Shown here one piece after another: positions 1 to 10,562 of a stretch of DNA of 64,000 nt. Below the pieces are notes generated by a model. It ran no database searches. It saw only the letters and a list, made by a program, of their open reading frames with translations, and was not told the origin of the DNA. The stretch is from Bacteroidales bacterium (GTDB lineage Bacteria; Bacteroidota; Bacteroidia; Bacteroidales; VadinHA17): the NCBI GenBank assembly GCA_050013475.1, contig JBEKFE010000016.1, forward strand, positions 5,257-69,256. The letters run 5' to 3'. The position numbers and the translations under genes were made by a program. Within the stretch, counting starts at the first letter, position 1. Every line of letters begins with the position of its first letter.

Positions 1-532
1 TATTATAAACCGAGTAAACAATTTTGAAATTATGAAAAAGGGGATCATCGTTGTAAATGTTCCTCAGATAGACCGGCACAAGAGCGGTCATCCATCCATG
101 ACAGTGCACAATATCGGGAGCCCATCTCAGCTTTTTAACCGTTTCGATCACCCCCCTGGCAAAGAATAGTGCCCTTTCATCATTGTCTTCAAATTCAATT
201 CCGGTCGAATCGCTGATAATATGCTTCCTCTGGAAATAATCGTCATTGTCGATGAAGTAAACCTGCATTCTGGCAGACTGGATCGAGGCAACCTTGATTA
301 TCAGCGGATGATCGGTATCATCAATAATAAGATTCATACCCGACAGCCGGATAACTTCATGCAGCTGGTTTCTCCTTTCGTTGATACAACCATACCGCGG
401 CATAAATGTACGAATCTCTTTTCCCCTCTCCTGGATGCCCTGCGGCAGAAATCTCCCTATTTTTGATAATTTTGTTTCAGCCAGATAGGGAGTGATCTCC
501 TGGGAAATGAATAACACCTTCTTGCTTTCCAT
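1..532 (-). CDS. glycogen/starch synthase (GT5-type), N-terminal part; gene continues beyond the window start
   Basis: Hand translation of the minus strand from ATG at 532 gives MESKKVLFISQEITPYLAETKLSKIGRFLPQGIQERGKEIRTFMPRYG...APDIVHCHGWMTALVPVYLRNIYNDDPLF, open to position 1. This is typical of the N-terminal Rossmann half of bacteroidetal glycogen synthases. It is missing from the ORF track because it has no stop in the window. Confidence 0.75.
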   Translation of the reverse strand, partial: MESKKVLFISQEITPYLAETKLSKIGRFLPQGIQERGKEIRTFMPRYGCINERRNQLHEVIRLSGMNLIIDDTDHPLIIKVASIQSARMQVYFIDNDDYFQRKHIISDSTGIEFEDNDERALFFARGVIETVKKLRWAPDIVHCHGWMTALVPVYLRNIYNDDPLFHNFKIVYSVYN

Positions 533-678
533 TTAACCTGCCTGAATATATCATTTCATTCAGCTTGCAAAGGTAGTAAAAAATATTGAGATATAGATAT
601 TTTTGTATTCTATGGCTTTTTATCAGCTGCTATTCCGTACATGACAAAATTCACTTAGGTTTGCAAAATATATCCGTA

Positions 679-1536
679 ATGAAAAAGGTTGACAGTGTAA
701 AAGAGGTAAGGAGACATCTTGCGCTCATTAACAGGTCTCCTGTCGGATTTGTTCCAACTATGGGAGCACTTCACGGCGGCCATCTTTCACTTGTAAGGAG
801 AGCTGTCGGGGAATGCCCTGTTGTCGCAGTAAGCATCTTTGTAAATCCGACACAGTTCAACGACCCTGAGGATCTCAAAAACTACCCCAGGACACTCGCC
901 AGTGATATTGATCTTCTTTCAGGCGTTTTGCGTGAAAATGACCTCCTCTTCACACCGGAGGTAAAAGAGATATATCCTGAACCCGATAAAAGAGTATTTA
1001 ATTTCGGCGATCTTGAAAAGGTGATGGAGGGGAAGCAGAGGAAGGGCCATTTTAACGGGGTCGGCCAGGTAGTTTCAAAGCTGTTCGATATTGTACGTCC
1101 CGATATTGCCTACTTCGGACAGAAGGATTTCCAGCAGCTTACAATAATAAAGGAACTGGTAAGGCAGACGGGAAGCAATGTGAGGATAGCCAGCTGCCCC
1201 ATAGTGCGGGAAAGCGATGGACTTGCGATGAGCAGCAGGAATAAGCTGCTGGAGCCTGAGATCAGGAAGCATGCAGGAGTGATCTTCCGGACCATCAGCA
1301 GAGCTGCAGAGCTTGTAAATAAAACTGATATAAGTCAGATCCGCCTGCAGGTGCAGGCAAGCATTAACAGCACCCCCGGCTTCAGCCTGGAGTATTTTGA
1401 GATAGCCGACGATATTGAACTGAAACTCCCCGGATCATCTGCTGAAGCTGTTCCGGGAAGAAAATATTTTGCATGCATAGCTGTGAAAGCAGGAAAGATA
1501 AGGCTTATAGATAATGTGGAAATTCCATTGCTCTGA
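679..1536 (+). CDS. panC: pantoate--beta-alanine ligase
   Basis: PTMGALHGGHLSLV (HIGH-like PanC motif), FVNPTQF and GQKDFQQL are present. The ATG at 679 (MKKVDSVKE...) is preferred over the 586 ORF start because the upstream 31 codons look non-coding. Confidence 0.9.
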   Translation: MKKVDSVKEVRRHLALINRSPVGFVPTMGALHGGHLSLVRRAVGECPVVAVSIFVNPTQFNDPEDLKNYPRTLASDIDLLSGVLRENDLLFTPEVKEIYPEPDKRVFNFGDLEKVMEGKQRKGHFNGVGQVVSKLFDIVRPDIAYFGQKDFQQLTIIKELVRQTGSNVRIASCPIVRESDGLAMSSRNKLLEPEIRKHAGVIFRTISRAAELVNKTDISQIRLQVQASINSTPGFSLEYFEIADDIELKLPGSSAEAVPGRKYFACIAVKAGKIRLIDNVEIPLL

Positions 1537-1588
1537 ATCAAAAGGTTAATTAACTTTGCTGCGGGTTACAAAAGTAAATCTCTGAGGT

Positions 1589-1939
1589 ATGCTAATTGAA
1601 GTTGTAAAGTCGAAGATCCATAATGTCTCAGTAACCGAGGCAAATCTGAATTATATAGGGAGCATCACTATAGACCAGGATCTGATGGATGCCGCCGGTA
1701 TCGTTGAAAATGAAAAGGTTCAGATAGTCAATATAAATAACGGTGAACGACTTGAAACCTATGTAATAAGGGGCGAAAGGGGTTCAGGCGGTATCTGCCT
1801 TAATGGTGCAGCTGCCAGGAAGGTGGCTGTAGGCGATGTGGTAATAATTATTTCATATGCTTCAATGACCCCCGAAGAGGCAGCTTCTTTCAAACCCAGC
1901 ATCGTCTTCCCCGATACAAATACTAATAAACTTCTCTGA
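1589..1939 (+). CDS. panD: aspartate 1-decarboxylase
   Basis: [29 protein letters not shown] contains the Gly-Ser self-processing site. The 116-aa length fits and the gene is adjacent to panC. Confidence 0.92.
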   Translation: MLIEVVKSKIHNVSVTEANLNYIGSITIDQDLMDAAGIVENEKVQIVNINNGERLETYVIRGERGSGGICLNGAAARKVAVGDVVIIISYASMTPEEAASFKPSIVFPDTNTNKLL

Positions 1940-1941
1940 AC

Positions 1942-2985
1942 TTGAAAAAGAAGATAATCAAGTTTCTTAAGTTTTTTGCATTTCTTGTTGTGGGATTGCT
2001 GCTCCTCTGGCTGGCTTTCCGCAATATCAATTTCAGCAAGCTTAAAAACGGATTGAAGGAAGCCAGATACATCTGGCTGATTCTTTCGATACTCTTTGCC
2101 ACCTTTGCCTACCTGAGCCGGGCAAGAAGATGGATCCTTCTGATCCAGCCACTAGGATACAATCCTAAACTTAAGAATTCCTTTTTCGCCATGATGACCG
2201 GCTACCTTGCCAACATGGCCCTTCCTCGTATCGGTGAGATATCAAAATGTGTTGCACTTGGAAGAAAAGAGAATATACCTGTCGATCAGCTTATTGGAAC
2301 TGTAGTTATCGAAAGAACCATCGACATTTTCACCCTTGCAACATTAATGGTCATAATGATCTTTGTAGAAAAGGGGATCCTTGGCCCTTTCCTGCTTGAT
2401 AATATCTTCACGCCCATTCAGCAGAGGGTCGCAGCAATCTTCGGATCAGCGATGGTTTTCTGGCTGCTTCTCCTGTTTTCAGGTTTCCTTATACTATTAA
2501 TTATATATATGCTCCGCAGGAGGCTTGTCAGGGTCAGGTTTTTTGCAAAGCTTTTCCTCGCCGGCAGGGGTATCATTCATGGGCTTAAGACAATTGCCCG
2601 GCTTCAGCGTAAATGGGAGTTCGTCTTCCATACAGTATTTATCTGGATAAATTATTTTCTCATGACGTGGGTCGTTGTTTTCGCCGTCCAGGCAACGTCA
2701 CATCTCGATATTGCTGACGGCTTATTTCTTCTTGTTGTAGGAGGACTTGCCATGACTGCCCCCGTTCAGAGCGGTCTTGGTGCTTTCCATTTTATAGTAT
2801 CAAGGGCTCTTCTTGTCATTTACGGGATAAGCACGGAGGACGGACTTGTCTACGCCATCCTGGCTCACGAATCACAGTTGATCTTTGGAGCAATAGTAGG
2901 GATCTATTCATTTTATGCCCTCCTTAAAAAAGATCCCGATCTTTCCCCTTTGGATGATACCGGAGTACTGGAAAAAATCCCTTAG
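1942..2985 (+). CDS. polytopic membrane protein, UPF0104 / lysylphosphatidylglycerol-synthase-TM-region-like family
   Basis: 347 aa with about 8 hydrophobic helices and a basic N-terminus (KKKIIKFLKF). TTG start. The family assignment rests on overall architecture only. Confidence 0.55.
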   Translation: MKKKIIKFLKFFAFLVVGLLLLWLAFRNINFSKLKNGLKEARYIWLILSILFATFAYLSRARRWILLIQPLGYNPKLKNSFFAMMTGYLANMALPRIGEISKCVALGRKENIPVDQLIGTVVIERTIDIFTLATLMVIMIFVEKGILGPFLLDNIFTPIQQRVAAIFGSAMVFWLLLLFSGFLILLIIYMLRRRLVRVRFFAKLFLAGRGIIHGLKTIARLQRKWEFVFHTVFIWINYFLMTWVVVFAVQATSHLDIADGLFLLVVGGLAMTAPVQSGLGAFHFIVSRALLVIYGISTEDGLVYAILAHESQLIFGAIVGIYSFYALLKKDPDLSPLDDTGVLEKIP

Positions 2986-2989
2986 TGTC

Positions 2990-3048
2990 CCCTTGTGATG
3001 ACCTTTGTGACCTTCGTGGTTAATTTCTTTTTTACCACAAAGGAAGAG
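2990..3048. repeat. word-stutter palindromic element (CACAAAGG/CACGAAGG word type)
   Basis: The sequence is cccttgtgatgacctttgtgaccttcgtggttaa-tttctttt-ttaccacaaaggaagag. The segment ccttcgtggttaa / ttaccacaaagg forms an 11-bp imperfect hairpin right after the stop codon. Confidence 0.6.
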
Positions 3049-3077
3049 TAAAGACAGCATCTTTTTAAGTATAAAAT

Positions 3078-4439
3078 ATGGCAAGATCAAAATCAGTTTA
3101 TGTATGCCAGAACTGCGGGGCCGAATCGGCAAAATGGATCGGAAGGTGCCCTTCATGCGGCGAATGGAATACCTACCACGAAGAGATCATTACCCCTTCA
3201 TCAGCTTCTGCGCCTTCCTTCGCTGCTGACATGCCAAAAAAGAGGCCGGAGCTTCTCGACAGCATAAGTTCAGACGAGAAATCGAGACAGAAAACAGGTA
3301 TCTCCGAGCTCGACAGGATACTCGGAGGAGGAATGGTAGGGGGATCGCTGATCCTGCTGGGCGGAGAGCCGGGTGTGGGAAAATCGACGCTTGCCCTTCA
3401 GCTTGCCCTTTCACTTAAAAACAGGAAAATACTTTATGTCTCGGGCGAGGAGAGCGAGGAACAGATAAGCCTGCGTGCCAAACGGATAAAAAGATCCAAC
3501 CCCGACTGTTACATACTTTGCGAGACAGAACTGGAGGCTATACTTACTCACTCAGGGAACATTCAGCCCGGACTGATAATAATTGATTCTATCCAGACGA
3601 TCAGGACAGGGATGCTTGAATCATCGGCAGGTTCGGTATCGCAGGTACGCGAATGTGCCGCGATGCTTCTCAAATATTCAAAGCTTACAGGCATCCCGGT
3701 ATTCCTCATCGGTCATATAACAAAGGACGGAACCCTTGCAGGACCAAAAGTGCTTGAACATATCGTGGATGTGGTTCTCTATTTTGAAGGGGACAATAAT
3801 TATGTCTACCGTATTCTCCGCTCCGTAAAGAACAGGTTCGGATCGACGTCAGAGATCGGGATCTTCGAGATGCTCGAGTCGGGTCTTCGCGAAGTCGAGA
3901 ATCCGTCAGAAATGTTCATCAATCAGCACGATGAACCATTAAGCGGGATCGCGATAGCCGCTACTGTTGATGGCATAAGACCGTTCCTTATCGAGACGCA
4001 GTCCCTGGTAAGCAGCGCTGTATACGGCACACCTCAGAGAAGCTGCACGGGATTTGATATCAGGCGGCTTAACATGCTCCTTGCCGTGCTCGAAAAAAGA
4101 GCCGGGTTCAGGCTCGCAATAAAGGATGTATTCCTGAATATCGCAGGAGGAATTAAGGTGAGCGACCCTGCTATCGATATGGCTGTGCTCGGGGCGATAC
4201 TTTCGTCAAATCTTGACATTCCGATTGAAAAGGATATCTGTTTCGCCGGCGAGGCAGGATTATCAGGAGAGCTAAGGCCTGTTGCGAGAATAGAGCAGAG
4301 AATAAGGGAATCGGCAAAAATGGGATTCTCGAAAATATTTGTCTCAAAATTTCACAGGAACATCAACATTGCTGAACCCGGTATTAAAGTGATACAGGTC
4401 GGCAAGATAGAGCACCTGGTCAGGCAGCTTTTTGCCTGA
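3078..4439 (+). CDS. radA: DNA repair protein RadA/Sms
   Basis: N-terminal zinc ribbon CQNCGAESAKWIGRCPSCGEWN, Walker A GEPGVGKST, KNRFG motif and a Lon-like C-terminal domain. Confidence 0.93.
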   Translation: MARSKSVYVCQNCGAESAKWIGRCPSCGEWNTYHEEIITPSSASAPSFAADMPKKRPELLDSISSDEKSRQKTGISELDRILGGGMVGGSLILLGGEPGVGKSTLALQLALSLKNRKILYVSGEESEEQISLRAKRIKRSNPDCYILCETELEAILTHSGNIQPGLIIIDSIQTIRTGMLESSAGSVSQVRECAAMLLKYSKLTGIPVFLIGHITKDGTLAGPKVLEHIVDVVLYFEGDNNYVYRILRSVKNRFGSTSEIGIFEMLESGLREVENPSEMFINQHDEPLSGIAIAATVDGIRPFLIETQSLVSSAVYGTPQRSCTGFDIRRLNMLLAVLEKRAGFRLAIKDVFLNIAGGIKVSDPAIDMAVLGAILSSNLDIPIEKDICFAGEAGLSGELRPVARIEQRIRESAKMGFSKIFVSKFHRNINIAEPGIKVIQVGKIEHLVRQLFA

Positions 4440-4443
4440 GCGA

Positions 4444-6804
4444 TCAGTAACGCTCCGTATTGTTACCTCTTCTGGAGGTCGATTTCTTGACCCTGCTGCA
4501 GTCAAGCTCCATATTAAATCCGGCCGGACGTTCGAATATTTCTGTTTCCATACTGCTGAACTGAGGATCGGCATAAAGCTTTTTCAGGAAAAGCCCGTAG
4601 ATCGGAAGAGCAATATGTGCCCCCTGCCCCTCATCAAGCGTCTCAAAATGTATGCTCTGATCTTCCCATCCGCTCCAAACACCTGCCACAAGATCCGGAA
4701 CCACACCCATGAACCAGCCGTTGCCGTGATTCTGGGTCGTCCCGGTTTTTCCCCCGATCTGGTTGGTCAGCTTATAGGTATACCTGAGTCCGATACCTGA
4801 CCCTTCATTCACCACTCCCTGCAGAAGATTAAGCATCAGGTAAGCCTGGTCTTCACTTATTACCTCCTCCACCTTTGGAGTGAATGTCGAGATCACATTG
4901 CCGTTCCGGTCTTCTATCCTTGTCACATACATTGGCCTTGTATAGACACCTTTGTTGGCGAAGGTACTGTAAGCTCCCACCATCTCTTCAAGCGAAATAT
5001 CCGAAGTCCCCAGGAAGATCGAGATAACAGGATCAATAAAGCTTCGTATTCCCATGCGATGCATCAGATCGACAACTGCCTGGGGAGTGAACTGTGTCAT
5101 AAGCCATGCTGAAATATAGTTTTCGGATTTTGCCAGGCCCCATTTGAGGGTTACCCATTTCCCGTGATAGGCCTTCGGACCTGAACTGCGAGGGGAATAG
5201 ACAGAATCCCTTCCGTCCACCTTAATCTCGAAGGTCCTGGGTATATTTTCAACTTCATAGCACGGTGAATATCCGTTTTGCATTGCCAGGGTGTATACAA
5301 ACGGCTTTATCGTGCTGCCAACCTGTCGTTTCTGGTCTGTTACGGCATCATATTTAAAGTACCTGAAATCGGGGCCCCCGACATAAGCTTTCACATATCC
5401 CGTGTGCGGGTCGGCGACCAGGAATGAGGAGCGCATTATATACTTATAGTATTTAATGGAATCGAGCGGTGTCATCACAGTATCCCTCTCTCCTTTCCAG
5501 GAAAATATTTTCATCCTGATCGGTGTATTGAAGTTGATCATGATGGAGTCCTCCGGCGTCTTTTTCCTTATGAGTGCCTTGTACCGGTCGGTCCTTCTTA
5601 TGGTTGTCTGAAGTATATCATCGATCTCCTTTTTGGTCAGATCGTCTGAATAAGGCGGGTTTTTGAATTTTTTTGCAACCCTGTAGAATGCGGGCTGGAT
5701 ATCCTTTGAAAGGTGTTCGGCCAGAGCTTCTTCGGCATATTTCTGCATCTTTGAATTGATGGTGGTATATATTTTTATACCATCCTTATACAGATTATAA
5801 TTCGATCCGTCAGGCTTTTTATTCTTTCTGCACCATCCGTACAAAGGATTATTTTCCCACTGCCAGAGGGCATCCTTGTACTGATCTTCATATGAGTACA
5901 TCCGTCTGTCGGGTTCATACCTGATCATCGTGGTCCGTAAAAACTCCCTGAAATATGTAGCAAGACCAAGATTATGGTCCTCCTCCCTGAAGTCGAGCGT
6001 GAGAGGAAGCTTTTTAAGGGAATCTGCAACTGAGGGTGTAAGGTAGCCATATTTTACCATCTGGCTCAGCACCACATTTCTTCTTTTAAGTGTCTGGTCA
6101 GGTCTTTTTACCGGGTTGAAAAATGCTGAATTCTTAAGCATCCCCACCAGCATTGCCGACTGTTCAATATTAAGCGAATCTGGAGTAGTATTAAAATATA
6201 TCTGTGCTGCCGATCTTATTCCCACTGCCTTGTTGACAAAGTCAAAAGAGTTGAGATACATCGTAACTATCTCCTCCTTGGTATAGTTCTTTTCAAGCTC
6301 AACTGCCGTGTACCATTCCTTGAATTTTGAAACCCCAAGGTTCATCTTCTGCCTTATCCTTGATGACCCGATGCTGTCTGTCTCCCTGGTCTTGTACAGG
6401 TTCTTTGCAAGCTGCTGGGTTATTGTACTCCCACCTCCTGCTTCCTGGCCAAGTATCACCGATCTTACGATCGCCCTTCCAAGTCCTCTTATGTCAATGC
6501 CTGAATGCCTGTAAAATCTTATATCCTCAGTTGCTATAAGTGCATCGATAATGTTAGGGGATATATCCTTATATTCGGTCCATGTCCTGTTCTGAAAATA
6601 GTATTTTCCGAGAAGAACCCCGTCTTCTGAATAGACTTCTGCCGCCAGGTTGTTTTCCGGGTTTTCAAGGTCCTCAAATGTAGGCATCGGACCAAGCTTT
6701 TCCTTCGAGATCAGAATGAACAGAACTACTATTAGAATAAAGGGGAGAGAGAAAAGTGACCAGAACCAGATCAGGTATTTTCTGTTATGGGAATTGCCTT
6801 TCAT
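4444..6804 (-). CDS. mrcA: class A penicillin-binding protein 1A (transglycosylase/transpeptidase)
   Basis: Glycosyltransferase motifs EDIRFYRHSGID and GGSTITQQL, transpeptidase motifs STIKP and KTGTT, and an N-terminal membrane anchor. The ATG at 6804 (MKGNSHNRK) is preferred over the TTG at 6828. Confidence 0.88.
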   Translation of the reverse strand: MKGNSHNRKYLIWFWSLFSLPFILIVVLFILISKEKLGPMPTFEDLENPENNLAAEVYSEDGVLLGKYYFQNRTWTEYKDISPNIIDALIATEDIRFYRHSGIDIRGLGRAIVRSVILGQEAGGGSTITQQLAKNLYKTRETDSIGSSRIRQKMNLGVSKFKEWYTAVELEKNYTKEEIVTMYLNSFDFVNKAVGIRSAAQIYFNTTPDSLNIEQSAMLVGMLKNSAFFNPVKRPDQTLKRRNVVLSQMVKYGYLTPSVADSLKKLPLTLDFREEDHNLGLATYFREFLRTTMIRYEPDRRMYSYEDQYKDALWQWENNPLYGWCRKNKKPDGSNYNLYKDGIKIYTTINSKMQKYAEEALAEHLSKDIQPAFYRVAKKFKNPPYSDDLTKKEIDDILQTTIRRTDRYKALIRKKTPEDSIMINFNTPIRMKIFSWKGERDTVMTPLDSIKYYKYIMRSSFLVADPHTGYVKAYVGGPDFRYFKYDAVTDQKRQVGSTIKPFVYTLAMQNGYSPCYEVENIPRTFEIKVDGRDSVYSPRSSGPKAYHGKWVTLKWGLAKSENYISAWLMTQFTPQAVVDLMHRMGIRSFIDPVISIFLGTSDISLEEMVGAYSTFANKGVYTRPMYVTRIEDRNGNVISTFTPKVEEVISEDQAYLMLNLLQGVVNEGSGIGLRYTYKLTNQIGGKTGTTQNHGNGWFMGVVPDLVAGVWSGWEDQSIHFETLDEGQGAHIALPIYGLFLKKLYADPQFSSMETEIFERPAGFNMELDCSRVKKSTSRRGNNTERY

Positions 6805-6925
6805 TTGAGCTCTCAGGTTTGGTGCCAAAAATAGTAAATAATAAAGAATCTTAACGGTTTATTTTGAAGTTTGGTACCTAATTGACTTACTTTGTCACGT
6901 TTTACAAGAACTAATTTTTGCGTAA

Positions 6926-9223
6926 ATGATCGAGAACCTGGTAATAGTTGAGTCGCCTGCAAAAGCAAAAACAATCGAGAAGTTTCTGGGAAAGGATTTC
7001 AGAGTTGTATCAAGTTTCGGACATATACGTGACCTGTCAAAAAAGAACCTCGGGATAGATATCGAAAAGGATTTTACACCCAACTATGAGATCCCAAAGG
7101 AGAAAACAAAGGTTGTAAATGAGCTTAAAAAGGCTGCAGCAGAATCCAAAACTATCTGGATCGCTTCTGATGAGGACCGCGAAGGGGAAGCAATAGCCTG
7201 GCATCTGATCAGGGTTCTTGATCTTGATCCGCTTACCACAAAGAGGATCGTATTCCACGAAATAACAAAAGAGGCTATCTCCGACGCTATAAAGAATCCC
7301 AGGATACTGGATATGAATCTTGTCAATTCGCAGCAGGCAAGAAGGATCCTTGACAGGCTGGTGGGATTTGAAATTTCACCCGTCCTATGGAAAAAAGTCC
7401 AGCCTTCCCTTTCAGCCGGAAGGGTCCAGTCGGTCGCAGTCAGGCTGATCGTCGAAAGAGAAAGGGAAATTATCTCTTTCAAGCCTGAATCATCGTTCAG
7501 GGTAACAGCGATCTTCCTTACATCGAAGAATAATGGTGAAAATGCGATCGTCAAGGCCGAGGCAGCAAAGAAATTCCCGACCGGGGAAGAGGCTGAGAAA
7601 TTCCTCTCACTCTGCTCTAAGGCTGAATACACGATAAATTCGATATCTGTCAAGCCGGGCACAAGATCGCCGGCCCCTCCCTTCACCACATCCACCCTAC
7701 AGCAGGAGGCTTACCGGAAGCTTGGCTTCTCCGTTTCTCAAACGATGTCAGTTGCCCAGAAACTTTACGAAGCAGGGAAGATAACGTACATGCGTACCGA
7801 CTCAACCAATCTTTCGAAACTTGCGCTTGCCAAATCGAGGGATGTCATTGTTTCGGAGTACGGCGAAAAATATTCAAAAACGAGACAGTTCAAGACAAGG
7901 ACGAAAGGGGCGCAGGAAGCACATGAGGCAATAAGACCTGCCTATACCGACCAACCTGAGGTTGGCGGGACTAAACAGGAGAAGATGCTTTACGACCTGA
8001 TCTGGAAAAGGACAATCGCATCCCAGATGGCTGATGCCCGTGTTGAAAGGACAAATATTTCCATTGAAATGAGCAATTCTCCGATCGGTTTTGCAGCAAC
8101 CGGCGAGGTGATCATCTTCGACGGATTCCTCAGGGTCTACTCTGAATCGGCAGATTCCGAAAACGGTGATGATGAAAGATATGTCATCCCTCCCGTGAAG
8201 AATGGAATGCCTCTCTGGTATGATAAAATTACCGCAGCAGAAAGATTCACCACCCCACCGCCAAGATATACTGAGGCAAGCCTCGTCAAAAAGCTCGAAG
8301 AGCTGGGGATAGGAAGGCCATCAACCTACGCGCCGACCATTTCAACTATCCAGAACCGTGGGTATGTTGCTAAGGAAGATCGCCCGGGAGAGAAGAGGAA
8401 AGCCAGGTCACTGCTCCTTTCCGACGGGACAATTACCGCATCTTCAAAATCAGAACTTGCAGGCAGGGAAAAATCAAAGCTGTTCCCGAAAGATATTGGT
8501 ATGATCGTTAATGATTTTCTGACGGAGAATTTTACCACCATCGTCGATTTTAATTTTACAGCCGGCGTTGAGGAGCAGTTCGATGAGATTGCCGAGGGAA
8601 GCCTGAAATGGACAGGAATGCTGAAGGAATTTTACTCGACTTTCCATAAAACTGTCGAGAATTCACTTGAGAAAAAAGACAGGAAGACAGGTGCAAGGGT
8701 GCTGGGCACCCATCCCGAGACTGGTGAAACTATCTCCGTCAAGATGGGCCGCTACGGTCCGGTAGTCCAGATTGGCGATTCGGGCAATGATGATAAACCA
8801 AGGTTTGCAAGCCTTCTGAAGAACCAGCTTCTTGAGACAATCACCCTCGATGAGGCTCTGAAGCTTTTCCGCCTTCCAAGGTCACTCGGCGAACACGATG
8901 GGGAGGATCTTGTTGCAGGTATCGGCAAATTCGGACCATATATAAGATATAAGGGCAAGTTCTATTCCCTGAAGAAAGGAACCGATGATCCCTATCTGGT
9001 GACAAAGGAGAGAGCACTTGAGGTTATCAGCGAAAAGAATGAAAGTGAGAAGCAGAAGATCATCAGCAACTTTGGAGAAATAAAGGTTGTGAACGGAAGG
9101 TACGGACCTTACATTACTTCCGGGGGACATAACTACAGGATCCCTAAGGGTACCGAACCGGCTTCTCTCACAAAAGATGGTTGCCTGAAGATCATGGAAA
9201 GCAATAATAAATCAGGGGCATGA
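6926..9223 (+). CDS. topA: DNA topoisomerase I
   Basis: Toprim LVIVESPAKAKTI and DEDREGE, plus the active-site tyrosine context ITYMRTDS. 765 aa. Confidence 0.95.
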   Translation: MIENLVIVESPAKAKTIEKFLGKDFRVVSSFGHIRDLSKKNLGIDIEKDFTPNYEIPKEKTKVVNELKKAAAESKTIWIASDEDREGEAIAWHLIRVLDLDPLTTKRIVFHEITKEAISDAIKNPRILDMNLVNSQQARRILDRLVGFEISPVLWKKVQPSLSAGRVQSVAVRLIVEREREIISFKPESSFRVTAIFLTSKNNGENAIVKAEAAKKFPTGEEAEKFLSLCSKAEYTINSISVKPGTRSPAPPFTTSTLQQEAYRKLGFSVSQTMSVAQKLYEAGKITYMRTDSTNLSKLALAKSRDVIVSEYGEKYSKTRQFKTRTKGAQEAHEAIRPAYTDQPEVGGTKQEKMLYDLIWKRTIASQMADARVERTNISIEMSNSPIGFAATGEVIIFDGFLRVYSESADSENGDDERYVIPPVKNGMPLWYDKITAAERFTTPPPRYTEASLVKKLEELGIGRPSTYAPTISTIQNRGYVAKEDRPGEKRKARSLLLSDGTITASSKSELAGREKSKLFPKDIGMIVNDFLTENFTTIVDFNFTAGVEEQFDEIAEGSLKWTGMLKEFYSTFHKTVENSLEKKDRKTGARVLGTHPETGETISVKMGRYGPVVQIGDSGNDDKPRFASLLKNQLLETITLDEALKLFRLPRSLGEHDGEDLVAGIGKFGPYIRYKGKFYSLKKGTDDPYLVTKERALEVISEKNESEKQKIISNFGEIKVVNGRYGPYITSGGHNYRIPKGTEPASLTKDGCLKIMESNNKSGA

Positions 9224-10392
9224 TGGTCAACCTGAACGATTATTTTGATCCTGTCAGTATCGATAAGACTTATCACGGCCAGCTTTCCGGATCAGCCTGT
9301 TTTTCCCATAATATTGTTATCCATACCGAAAACGGACAGATAAAGGATGCCGGCCGTTTCAGGATAGCAATTCTTGGTGTGCCCGACGGGAGGAATTCTC
9401 CCGATGAAGGTTCGGCAGGCGGGCCTGATGCTGTCCGTCATTCTCTTTACCAGCTTTCGCGCGTCCCCGGCAAATCAAAGATCATCGACCTTGGCAATAT
9501 GAAGAAAGGGGTGACCTTCGGTGATACTGTTGCCGGACTGACCGATATTCTTACAACTCTTGTCCAGGAAAATGTATTCCCTCTGATCATCGGCGGAAGC
9601 AGTGCCATGATAACTGCTGTTGACAGGTGCTTTTCCCTCTCAAAAACACCTTATACACTTGCATCGGTTGATTCGAGGATCGATTTTCAGCAGGAACGGA
9701 AGGAGCCCGATTCTTACAACTACCTCAATTATATTATCTATAATAACCGCAGCTCCTTAAATCACTTTATAAACATAGGCTACCAGACCTACCTTAATGA
9801 TCAGCAGACCATTAACAGGCTTCTCAAGAGAAGATCGGAGCTGGTAAGGATCGGAGATGTCAGGCAGGCGATCCACCTTACCGAACCGCTGCTGAGAGAT
9901 TCCGATGTGGCTGTATTTGATATTTCTGCGGTCAGACAATCCGATGCACAGGGAACCTTCAGTCCATCTCCAAATGGCTTTTATGGCGAGGAGATCTGCC
10001 TTCTGGCGCGATATGCCGGCATCTCCGACAGGCTTAAAGTATTCGGTCTGTTCGAGGTGAACCCTGATCTTGATATGAGAAACCAGACATCAGATCTTGC
10101 GGCCCAGATCATCTGGTTTTTTCTGGAGGGATTTGCTCAGAAACAGTATGAATCTCCGGCGGTTGGCGATTCCGGATCCGGCAGGTTCATAAAGTATCAT
10201 GTGAGAGTGACTGACCTGGAAGATGATCTGATATTTGTCAAAAGCAACCTTACCGACAGATGGTGGATCGAAATAAGTTCCGGGGATGAGGGAAGCAGCT
10301 ATGTTGCCTGCTCTCACGAGGATTATCTGAAGGCAAACAGGAATGAGGTTCCTGAAAGATGGATAAAAGCAACGGGAAGGATCAAATCCTGA
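9220..10392 (+). CDS. arginase/ureohydrolase-fold family protein (formimidoylglutamase-like)
   Basis: 390 aa. Its start overlaps the topA stop (ATGA). The segments GGSSAMI, DSRIDF and FDISAV are compatible with the arginase fold. The assignment is tentative. Confidence 0.5.
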   Translation: MMVNLNDYFDPVSIDKTYHGQLSGSACFSHNIVIHTENGQIKDAGRFRIAILGVPDGRNSPDEGSAGGPDAVRHSLYQLSRVPGKSKIIDLGNMKKGVTFGDTVAGLTDILTTLVQENVFPLIIGGSSAMITAVDRCFSLSKTPYTLASVDSRIDFQQERKEPDSYNYLNYIIYNNRSSLNHFINIGYQTYLNDQQTINRLLKRRSELVRIGDVRQAIHLTEPLLRDSDVAVFDISAVRQSDAQGTFSPSPNGFYGEEICLLARYAGISDRLKVFGLFEVNPDLDMRNQTSDLAAQIIWFFLEGFAQKQYESPAVGDSGSGRFIKYHVRVTDLEDDLIFVKSNLTDRWWIEISSGDEGSSYVACSHEDYLKANRNEVPERWIKATGRIKS

Positions 10393-10562
10393 TTTTTCCC
10401 CAATTAATCAATAACATTTTTTCGTTTGTCACGTTATAAGGATACGCTCATCAAAAGAGCTGCCGGTTATATTTAAATATATACTTGTAAATTTGTTTGC
10501 TTTTTATATTTTTATTTATTTTACTGGTTCATCAAATGCGAAGGACGCTGGCCACTGAAGAA

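Noticed and set aside
221-466. 81-aa plus-strand ORF at the window start
   Set aside because: It is antisense to the glycogen synthase reading frame, which I translated by hand and found open from 532 to 1.
586-678. N-terminal extensions of track ORFs (panC 586, mlaF 18644, manC 18095, porP 10497, PqqD 57254, peptidase 58500)
   Set aside because: The extensions are hydrophobic or odd, overlap upstream genes or promoters, and internal ATGs give N-termini that match the families. The shorter models were used.
7084-7695. 203-aa minus-strand ORF inside topA, with similar antisense ORFs in metH (43711-44397, 45415-46035), asnS (34145-34726), rpoN (32682-33137) and the amidohydrolase gene (28831-29346)
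   Set aside because: All are antisense shadows of strongly supported genes and show no motifs. I treat them as non-coding.
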